The notes below the pieces were generated by a model. That model saw nothing but the letters and a program-made list of their open reading frames with translations, searched no databases and was not told the origin of the DNA. A program made the position numbers and the translations under genes. A stretch of 64,000 nucleotides of DNA, from the NCBI GenBank assembly GCA_964016885.1, contig OZ024741.1, positions 132,432,001 through 132,496,000 of the forward strand, written 5' to 3'. This DNA is from Eledone cirrhosa. Taxonomy: Eukaryota. Each line of letters starts with the position of its first letter. Position 1 is the first letter of the stretch. Below, in pieces: positions 30,001 through 42,000 of the stretch.

Positions 30001-33000
30001 CAAGCCACACTGAGACTATGGTCTGACGTCTTTTTACTAGATAATTCAGTTAAACAAGCCACACTGAGGCTATGGACTGACGTCTTTTTACTAGATAATT
30101 CAGTTAAACAAGCCACACTGAGGCTATGGTCTGACGTGTTTTTACTAGATAATTCAGTTAAACAAGCCACGCTGAGGCTATGGTCTGACGTCTTTTTACT
30201 AGATAATTCATTTAAACAAGCCACACTGAGGCTATGGACTGATATCTTTTTACTAGATAATTCAGTTAAACAAGCCACACTGAGGCTATGGTCTGACGTC
30301 TTTTTACTAGATAATTCAGTTAAACAAGCCAGACTGAGGCTATGGTCTGACGTCTTTTCATTAGATAATTCAGTTAAACAAGCCACACTGAAGCTATGGA
30401 CTGACGTCTTTTTACTAGATAATTCAGTTAAACAAGCCACACTGAGGCTATGGTCTGACGTCTTTTTACTAGATAATTCAGTTAAACAAGCCACACTGAG
30501 GCTATAGACTGACGTCTTTTTACTAGATAATTCAGTTAAACAAGCCACACTGAGGCTATGGACTGACGTCTTTTTACTACATAATTTAGTTAAACAAGCC
30601 AGACTGAGGCTATGGTCTGACGTCTTTTCACTAGATAATTCAGTTAAACAAGCCACACTGAGGCTATGGACTGACGTCTTTTTACTACATAATTTAGTTA
30701 AACAAGCCACACTGAGGCTATGGTCTGACGTCTTTTCACTCGATAATTCAGTTAAACAAGCCACACTGAGGCTATGGACTGACGTCTTTTTACTACATAA
30801 TTTAGTTAAACAAGCCAGACTGAGGGTATGGTCTGACGTCTTTTCACTCGATAATTCTGTTAAACAAGCCACACTGAGGCTATGGACTGACGTCTTTTTA
30901 CTAGATAATTCAGTTAAACAAGCCACACTGAGGCTATGGTCTGACGTCTTTTTACTAGATAATTCAGTTAAACAAGCCACACTGAGGCTATGGACTGACG
31001 TTTTTTTACTAGATAATTCAGTTAAACAAGCCACACTGAGGCTATGGACTGACGTCTTTTTACTAGATAATTCAGTTAAACAAGCCACACTGAGGCTATG
31101 GACTGACGTCTTTTCACTAGATAATTCAGTTACACAAGCGACACTGAGGCTATGGACTGACGTCTTTTTACTAGATAATTCAGTTAAACAAGCTACACTG
31201 AGGCTATGGACTGACGTCTTTTTACTAGATAATTCAGTTAAACAAGTCACACTGAGGATATGGTCTGACGTCTTTTTACTAGATAATTCAGTTAAACAAG
31301 CCACACTGAGGCTATGGACTAACGTCTTTTTACTAGATAATTCAGTTAAACAAGCCACACTGAGGCTATGGACTGACGTCTTTTCACTAGATAATTCAGT
31401 TAAACAAGCCACACTGAGGCTACGGTCTGACGTCTTTTTACTAGATAATTCATTTAAACAAGCCACACTGAGACTATGGACTGATATCTTTTTACTAGAT
31501 AATTCAGTTAAACAATCCACACTGAGGCTATGGTCTGACGTCTTTTTACTAGATAATTCAGTTAAACAAGCCACACTGAGTCTATGGACTGACGTCTTTT
31601 TACTAGATAATTCAGTTAAACAAGCCAGACTGAGGCTATGGACTGGCGTCTTTTTACTAGATAATTCAGTTAAACAAGCCGCACCGAGGCTATGGACTGA
31701 CGTCTTTTTACTAGATAATTCAGTTAAACAAGCCACACTGAGGCTATGGCTTGACGTCTTTTTACTAGATAATTCAGTTAAACAAGCCACACTGAGGCTA
31801 TGGTCTGACGTCTTTTCACTAGATAATTCAGTTAAACAAGCCACACTGAGGCTATGGACTGACGTCTTTTTACTAGATAATTCAGTTAAACAAGCCGCAC
31901 CGAGGCTATGGACTGACGTCTTTTCACTAGATAATTCAGTTAAACAAGCCACACTGAGGCTATGGACTGACGTCTTTTTACTAGATAATTCAGTTAAACA
32001 AGCCACACTGAGGCTATGGACTGACGTCTTTTTACTAGATAATTCAGTTAAACAAGCCAGACTGAGGCTATGGACTGACGTCTTTTTACTAGATAATTCA
32101 GTTAAACAAGCCACACTGAGGCTATGGTCTGACGTCTTTTCACTAGATAATTCAGTTAAACAAGCCATACTGAGGCTATGGTCTGACGTCTTTTTACTAG
32201 ATAATTCAGTTAAACAAGCCACACTGAGACTATGGTCTGACGTCTTTTTACTAGATAATTCAGTTAAACAAGCCACCCTGAGGCTATGGACTGACGTCTT
32301 TTTACTAGATAATTCAGTTAAACAAGCCACACTGAGGCTATGGTCTGACGTCTTTTTACTAGATAATTCAGTTAAACAAGCCACGCTGAGGCTATGGTCT
32401 GACGTCTTTTTACTAGATAATTCATTTAAACAAGCCACACTGAGGCTATGGACTGATATCTTTTTACTAGATAATTCAGTTAAACAAGCCACACTGAGGA
32501 TATGGTCTGACGTCTTTTTACTAGATAATTCAGTTAAACAAGCCACACTGAGGCTATGGACTGAGTTCTTTTTACTAGATAATTCAGTTAAACAAGCCAG
32601 ACTGAGGCTATGGACTGACGTCTTTTTACTAGATAATTCAGTTAAACAAGCCATACTGAGGCTATGGACTGACGTCTTTTTACTAGATAATTCAGTTAAA
32701 CAAGCCACACTGAGGCTATGGTCTGACGTCTTTTTACTAGATAATTCAGTTAAACAAGCCACACTGAGGCTATGGACTGACGTCTTTTTACTAGATAATT
32801 CAGTTAAACAAGCCACACTGAGGCTATGGACTGAGTTCTTTTTACTAGATAATTCAGTTAAACAAGGCACACTGAGGCTATGGACTGAGTTCTTTTTACT
32901 AGATAATTCAGTTAAACAAGCCACACTGAGGCTATGGACTGAGTTCTTTTTACTAGATAATTCAGTTAAACAAGCCACACTGAGGCTATGGACTGACGTC

Positions 33001-36000
33001 TTTTTACTAGTTAATTCAGTTAAACAAGCCACACTGAGGCTATGGTCTGACGTATTTTTACTAGATAATTCAGTTAAACAAGCCACACTGAGGCTATGGT
33101 CTGACGTCTTTTTACTAGTTAATTCAGTTAAACAAGCCACACTGAGGCTATGGTCTGACATCTTTTTACTAGATAATTCAGTTAAACAATCCACACTGAG
33201 GCTATGGTCTGACGTCTTTTTACTAGATAATTCAGTTAAACAAGCCACACTGAGGCTATGGACTGAGTTCTTTTTACTAGATAATTCAGTTAAACAAGCC
33301 ACACTGAGGCTATGGACTGACGTCTTTTTACTAGATAATTCAGTTAAACAAGCCACACTGAGGCTATGGACTGACGTCTTTTTACTAGATAATTCAGTTA
33401 AACAAGCCACACTGAGGCTATGGTCTGACGTCTTTTTACTAGATAATTCAGTTAAACAAGCCACACTGAGGCTATGGACTGAGTTCTTTTTACTAGATAA
33501 TTCAGTTAAACAAGCCAGACTGAGGCTATGGACTGACGTCTTTTTACTAGATAATTCAGTTAAACAAGCCACACTGAGGCTATGGACTGACGTCTTTTTA
33601 CTAGATAATTCAGTTAAACAAGCCACACTGAGGCTATGGTCTGACGTCTTTTTACTAGATAATTCAGTTAAACAAGCCACACTGAGGCTATGGACTGACG
33701 TCTTTTTACTAGATAATTCAGTTAAACAAGCCACACTGAGGCTATGGACTGACGTCTTTTTACTAGATAATTCAGTTAAACAAGCCACACTGAGGCTATG
33801 GACTGACGTCTTTTTACTAGTTAATTCAGTTAAACAAGCCACACTGAGGCTATGGTCTGACGTCTTTTTACTAGATAATTCAGTTAAACAAACCACACTG
33901 AGGCTATGGTCTGACGTCTTTTTACTAGTTAATTCAGTTAAACAAGCCACACTGAGGCTATGGTCTGACGTCTTTTTACTAGATAATTCAGTTAAACAAG
34001 CCACACTGAGACTATGGTCTGACGTCTTTTTACTAGATAATTCAGTTAAACAAGCCACACTGAGGCTATGGACTGACGTCTTTTTACTAGATAATTCAGT
34101 TAAACAAGCCACACTGAGGCTATGGTCTGACGTCTTTTTACTAGATAATTCAGTTAAACAAGCCACGCTGAGGCTATGGTCTGACGTCTTTTTACTAGAT
34201 AATTCATTTAAACAAGCCACACTGAGGCTATGGACTGATATCTTTTTACTAGATAATTCAGTTAAACAAGCCACACTGAGGCTATGGTCTGACGTCTTTT
34301 TAATAGATAATTCAGTTAAACAAGCCAGACTGAGGCTATGGTCTGACGTCTTTTCATGAGATAATTCAGTTAAACAAGCCACACTGAAACTATGGACTGA
34401 CGTCTTTTTACTAGATAATTCAGTTAAACAAGCCACACTGAGGCTATGGTCTGACGTCTTTTTACTAGATAATTCAGTTAAACAAGCCACACTGAGTCTA
34501 TGGTCTGACGTCTTTTCACTAGATAATTCAGTTAAACAAGCCACACTGAGGCTATAGACTGACGTCTTTTTACTAGATAATTCAGTTAAACAAGCCACAC
34601 TGAGGCTATGGACTGACGTCTTTTTACTACATAATTTAGTTAAACAAGCCAGACTGAGGCTATGGTCTGACGTCTTTTCACTAGATAATTCAGTTAAACA
34701 AGCCACACTGAGGCTATGGACTGACGTCTTTTTACTACATAATTTAGTTAAACAAGCCACACTGAGGCTATGGTCTGACGTCTTTTTACTAGATAATTCA
34801 GTTAAACAAGCCACACTGAGGCTATGGACTGACGTTTTTTTACTAGATAATTCAGTTAAACAAGCCACACTGAGGCTATGGACTGACGTCTTTTTACTAG
34901 ATAATTCAGTTAAACAAGCCACACTGAGGCTATGGACTGACGTCTTTTCACTAGATAATTCAGTTAAACAAGCGACACTGAGGCTATGGACTGACGTCTT
35001 TTTACTAGATAATTCAGTTAAACAAGCTACACTGAGGCTATGGACTGACGTCTTTTTACTAGATAATTCAGTTAAACAAGTCACACTGAGGATATGGTCT
35101 GACGTCTTTTTACTAGATAATTCAGTTAAACAAGCCACACTGAGGCTATGGACTAACGTCTTTTTACTAGATAATTCAGTTAAACAAGCCACACTGAGGC
35201 TATGGACTGACGTCTTTTCACTAGATAATTCAGTTAAACAAGCCACACTGAGGCTACGGTCTGACGTCTTTTTACTAGATAATTCATTTAAACAAGCCAC
35301 ACTAAGACTATGTACTGATATCTTTTTACTAGATAATTCAGTTAAACAATCCACACTGAGGCTATGGTCTGACGTCTTTTTACTAGATAATTCAGTTAAA
35401 CAAGCCACACTGAGGCTATGGACTGACGTCTTTTTACTAGATAATTCAGTTAAACAAGCCACACTGAGACTATGGACTGAGTTCTTTTTACTAGATAATT
35501 CAGTTAAACAAGCCACACTGAGGCTATGGACTGACGTCTTTTTACTAGTTAATTCAGTTAAACAAGCCACACTGAGGCTATGGTCTGACGTCTTTTTACT
35601 AGATAATTCAGTTAAACAAGCCACACTGAGGCTATGGACTGACGTCTTTTTACTAGATAATTCAGTTAAACAAGCCACACTGAGGCTATGGTCTGACGTC
35701 TTTTTACTAGATAATTCAGTTAAACAAGCCACGCTGAGGCTATGGTCTGACGTCTTTTTACTAGATAATTCATTTAAACAAGCCACACTGAGGCTATGGA
35801 CTGATATCTTTTTACTAGATAATTCAGTTAAACAAGCCACACTGAGGCTATGGTCTGACGTCTTTTTACTAGATAATTCAGTTAAACAAGCCAGACTGAG
35901 GCTATGGTCTGACGTCTTTTCATTAGATAATTCAGTTAAACAGGCCACACTGAAGCTATGGACTGACGTCTTTTTACTAGATAATTCAGTTAAACAAGCC

Positions 36001-39000
36001 ACACTGAGGCTATGGTCTGACGTCTTTTTACTAGATAATTCAGTTAAACAAGCCACACTGAGGCTATGGTCTGACGTCTTTTTACTAGTTAATTCAGTTA
36101 AACAAGCCACACTGAGGCTATGGTCTGACGTCTTTTTACTAGATGATTCAGTTAAACAAGCCACACTGAGACTATGGTCTGACGTCTTTTTACTAGATAA
36201 TTCAGTTAAACAAGCCACACTGAGGCTATGGACTGACGTCTTTTTACTAGATAATTCAGTTAAACAAGCCACACTGAGGCTATGGTCTGACGTCTTTTTA
36301 CTAGATAATTCAGTTAAACAAGCCACGCTGAGGCTATGGTCTGACGTCTTTTTACTAGATAATTCATTTAAACAAGCCACACTGAGGCTATGGACTGATA
36401 TCTTTTTACTAGATAATTCAGTTAAACAAGCCACACTGAGGCTATGGTCTGACGTCTTTTTACTAGATAATTCAGTTAAACAAGCCAGACTGAGGCTATG
36501 GTCTGACGTCTTTTCATTAGATAATTCAGTTAAACAAGCCACACTGAAGCTATGGACTGACGTCTTTTTACTAGATAATTCAGTTAAACAAGCCACACTG
36601 AGGCTATGGTCTGACGTCTTTTTACTAGATAATTCAGTTAAACAAGCCACACTGAGGCTATAGACTGACGTCTTTTTACTAGATAATTCAGTTAAACAAG
36701 CCACACTGAGGCTATGGACTGACGTCTTTTTACTACATAATTTAGTTAAACAAGCCAGACTGAGGCTATGGTCTGACGTCTTTTCACTAGATAATTCAGT
36801 TAAACAAGCCACACTGAGGCTATGGACTGACGTCTTTTTACTACATAATTTAGTTAAACAAGCCACACTGAGGCTATGGTCTGACGTCTTTTCACTAGAT
36901 AATTCAGTTAAACAAGCCACACTGAGGCTATGGACTGACGTCTTTTTACTACATAATTTAGTTAAACAAGCCAGACTGAGGGTATGGTCTGACGTCTTTT
37001 CACTCGATAATTCTGTTAAACAAGCCACACTGAGGCTATGGACTGACGTCTTTTTACTAGATAATTCAGTTAAACAAGCCACACTGAGGCTATGGTCTGA
37101 CGTCTTTTTACTAGATAATTCAGTTAAACAAGCCACACTGAGGCTATGGACTGACGTTTTTTTACTAGATAATTCAGTTAAACAAGCCACACTGAGGCTA
37201 TGGACTGACGTCTTTTTACTAGATAATTCAGTTAAACAAGCCACACTGAGGCTATGGACTGACGTCTTTTCACTAGATAATTCAGTTAAACAAGCGACAC
37301 TGAGGCTATGGACTGACGTCTTTTTACTAGATAATTCAGTTAAACAAGCTACACTGAGGCTATGGACTGACGTCTTTTTACTAGATAATTCAGTTAAACA
37401 AGTCACACTGAGGATATGGTCTGACGTCTTTTTACTAGATAATTCAGTTAAACAAGCCACACTGAGGCTATGGACTAACGTCTTTTTACTAGATAATTCA
37501 GTTAAACAAGCCACACTGAGGCTATGGACTGACGTCTTTTTACTAGATAATTCAGTTAAACAAGCCACACTGAGGCTACGGTCTGACGTCTTTTTACTAG
37601 ATAATTCATTTAAACAAGCCACACTGAGACTATGGACTGATATCTTTTTACTAGATAATTCAGTTAAACAATCCACACTGAGGCTATGGTCTGACGTCTT
37701 TTTACTAGATAATTCAGTTAAACAAGCCACACTGAGTCTATGGACTGACGTCTTTTTACTAGATAATTCAGTTAAACAAGCCAGACTGAGGCTATGGACT
37801 GGCGTCTTTTTACTAGATAATTCAGTTAAACAAGCCGCACCGAGGCTATGGACTGACGTCTTTTTACTAGATAATTCAGTTAAACAAGCCACACTGAGGC
37901 TATGGCTTGACGTCTTTTTACTAGATAATTCAGTTAAACAAGCCACACTGAGGCTATGGTCTGACGTCTTTTCACTAGATAATTCAGTTAAACAAGCCAC
38001 ACTGAGGCTATGGACTGACGTCTTTTTACTAGATAATTCAGTTAAACAAGCCGCACCGAGGCTATGGACTGACGTCTTTTCACTAGATAATTCAGTTAAA
38101 CAAGCCACACTGAGGCTATGGACTGACGTCTTTTTACTAGATAATTCAGTTAAACAAGCCACACTGAGGCTATGGACTGACGTCTTTTTACTAGATAATT
38201 CAGTTAAACAAGCCACACTGAGGCTATGGACTGACGTCTTTTTACTAGATAATTCAGTTAAACAAGCCACACTGAGGCTATGGTCTGACGTCTTTTCACT
38301 AGATAATTCAGTTAAACAAGCCATACTGAGGCTATGGTCTGACGTCTTTTTACTAGATAATTCAGTTAAACAAGCCACACTGAGACTATGGTCTGACGTC
38401 TTTTTACTAGATAATTCAGTTAAACAAGCCACACTGAGGCTATGGACTGACGTCTTTTTACTAGATAATTCAGTTAAACAAGCCACACTGAGGCTATGGT
38501 CTGACGTCTTTTTACTAGATAATTCAGTTAAACAAGCCACGCTGAGGCTATGGTCTGACGTCTTTTTACTAGATAATTCATTTAAACAAGCCACACTGAG
38601 GCTATGGACTGATATCTTTTTACTAGATAATTCAGTTAAACAAGCCACACTGAGGATATGGTCTGACGTCTTTTTACTAGATAATTCAGTTAAACAAGCC
38701 ACACTGAGGCTATGGACTGAGTTCTTTTTACTAGATAATTCAGTTAAACAAGCCAGACTGAGGCTATGGACTGACGTCTTTTTACTAGATAATTCAGTTA
38801 AACAAGCCATACTGAGGCTATGGACTGACGTCTTTTTACTAGATAATTCAGTTAAACAAGCCACACTGAGGCTATGGTCTGACGTCTTTTTACTAGATAA
38901 TTCAGTTAAACAAGCCACACTGAGGCTATGGACTGACGTCTTTTTACTAGATAATTCAGTTAAACAAGCCACACTGAGGCTATGGACTGAGTTCTTTTTA

Positions 39001-42000
39001 CTAGATAATTCAGTTAAACAAGCCACACTGAGGCTATGGACTGAGTTCTTTTTACTAGATAATTCAGTTAAACAAGCCACACTGAGGCTATGGACTGAGT
39101 TCTTTTTACTAGATAATTCAGTTAAACAAGCCACACTGAGGCTATGGACTGACGTCTTTTTACTAGTTAATTCAGTTAAACAAGCCACACTGAGGCTATG
39201 GTCTGACGTATTTTTACTAGATAATTCAGTTAAACAAGCCACACTGAGGCTATGGTCTGACGTCTTTTTACTAGTTAATTCAGTTAAACAAGCCACACTG
39301 AGGCTATGGTCTGACATCTTTTTACTAGATAATTCAGTTAAACAATCCACACTGAGGCTATGGTCTGACGTCTTTTTACTAGATAATTCAGTTAAACAAG
39401 CCACACTGAGGCTATGGACTGACGTCTTTTTACTAGATAATTCAGTTAAACAAGCCACACTGAGGCTATGGACTGACGTCTTTTTACTAGATAATTCAGT
39501 TAAACAAGCCACACTGAGGCTATGGTCTGACGTCTTTTTACTAGATAATTCAGTTAAACAAGCCACACTGAGGCTATGGACTGAGTTCTTTTTACTAGAT
39601 AATTCAGTTAAACAAGCCACACTGAGGCTATGGACTGACGTCTTTTTACTAGATAATTCAGTTAAACAAGCCGGACTGAGGCTATGGACTGTCGTCTTTT
39701 TACTAGATAATTCAGTTAAACAAGCCACACTGAGGCGATGGACTGAGTTCTTTTTACTAGATAATTCAGTTAAACAAGCCAGACTGAGGCTATGGACTGA
39801 CGTTTTTTTACTAGATAATTCAGTTAAACAAGCCAGACTGAGGCTATGGACTGACGTCTTTTTACTAGATAATTCAGTTAAACAAGCCACACTGAGGCTA
39901 TGGACTGAGTTCTTTTTACTAGATAATTCAGTTAAACAAGCCACACTGAGGCTATGGACTGACGTCTTTTTACTAGATAATTCAGTTAAACAAGCCACAC
40001 TGAGGCTATGGACTGACGTCTTTTTACTAGATAATTCAGTTAAACAAGCCACACTGAGGCTATGGTCTGACGTCTTTTTACTAGATAATTCAGTTAAACA
40101 AGCCACACTGAGGCTATGGACTGAGTTCTTTTTACTAGATAATTCAGTTAAACAAGCCACACTGAGGCTATGGACTGACGTCTTTTTACTAGATAATTCA
40201 GTTAAACAAGCCGGACTGAGGCTATGGACTGTCGTCTTTTTACTAGATAATTCAGTTAAACAAGCCACACTGAGGCGATGGACTGAGTTCTTTTTACTAG
40301 ATAATTCAGTTAAACAAGCCAGACTGAGGCTATGGACTGACGTTTTTTTACTAGATAATTCAGTTAAACAAGCCAGACTGAGGCTATGGACTGACGTCTT
40401 TTTACTAGATAATTCAGTTAAACAAGCCACACTGAGGCTATGGTCTGACGTCCTTTTACTAGATAATTCAGTTAAACAAGCCAGACTGAGGCTATGGACT
40501 GACGTCTTTTTACTAGATAATTCAGTTAAACAAGCCACACTGAGGCTATGGTCTGACGTCTTTTTACTAGATAATTCATTTAAACAAGCCACACTGAGGC
40601 TATGGTCTGACGTCTTTTTACTAGATAATTCAGTTAAACAAGCCACACTGAGGCTATGGACTGACGTCTTTTTACTAGATAATTCAGTTAAACAAGCCAC
40701 ACTGATGCTATGGACTGACGTCTTTTTACTAGATAATTCAGTTAAACAAGCCACACTGAGGCTATGGACTGACGTCTTTTTATTAGATAATTCAGTTAAA
40801 CAAGCCACACTGAGGCTATGGTCTGACGTCTTTTCACTAGATAATTCAGTTAAACAAGCCACACTGAGGCTATGGTCTGACGTCTTTTTACTAGATAATT
40901 CAGTTAAACAAGCCACACTGAGACTATGGTCTGACGTCTTTTTACTAGATAATTCAGTTAAACAAGCCACACTGAGGCTATGGACTGACGTCTTTTTACT
41001 AGATAATTCAGTTAAACAAGCCACACTGAGGCTATGGTCTGACGTCTTTTTACTAGATAATTCAGTTAAACAAGCCACGCTGAGGCTATGGTCTGACGTC
41101 TTTTTACTAGATAATTCATTTAAACAAGCCACACTGAGGCTATGGACTGATATCTTTTTACTAGATAATTCAGTTAAACAAGCCACACTGAGGCTATGGT
41201 CTGACGTCTTTTTACTAGATAATTCAGTTAAACAAGCCACACTGAGGCTATGGACTGACGTCTTTTTACTAGATAATTCAGTTAAACAAGCCACACTGAG
41301 GCTATGGTCTGACGTCTTTTTACTAGATAATTCAGTTAAACAAGCCACACTGAGGCTATGGACTGAGTTCTTTTTACTAGATAATTCAGTTAAACAAGCC
41401 ACACTGAGGCTATGGACTGACGTCTTTTTACTAGATAATTCAGTTAAACAAGCCACACTGAGGCAATGGACTGACGTCTTTTTACTAGATAATTCAGTTA
41501 AACAAGCCACACTGAGGCTATGGTCTGACGTCTTTTTACTAGATAATTCAGTTAAACAAGCCACACTGAGGCTATGGACTGACGTCTTTTTACTAGATAA
41601 TTCAGTTAAACAAGCCACACTGAGGCTATGGACTGACGTCTTTTTACTAGATAATTCAGTTAAACAAGCCACACTGAGGCGATGGACTGAGTTCTTTTTA
41701 CTAGATAATTCAGTTAAACAAGCCAGACTGAGGCTATGAACTGACGTCTTTTTACTAGATAATTCAGTTAAACAAGCCAGACTGAGGCTATGGACTGACG
41801 TCTTTTTACTAGATAATTCAGTTAAACAAGCCACACTGAGGCTATGGTCTGACGTCCTTTTACTAGATAATTCAGTTAAACAAGCCAGACTGAGGCTATG
41901 GACTGACGTCTTTTTACTAGATAATTCAGTTAAACAAGCCACACTGAAGCTATGGTCTGACGTCTTTTTACTAGATAATTCATTTAAACAAGCCACACTG

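Noticed and set aside
11685-41996. 10103-aa minus-strand ORF (and the other 18-aa-repeat ORFs) as protein-coding genes
   Set aside because: These follow automatically from a stop-free 54-bp unit. Most starts are internal GTG/TTG codons, variants show no third-position bias by hand tally, and amplified stop codons interrupt both frames. Kept only as a hypothesis under findings.
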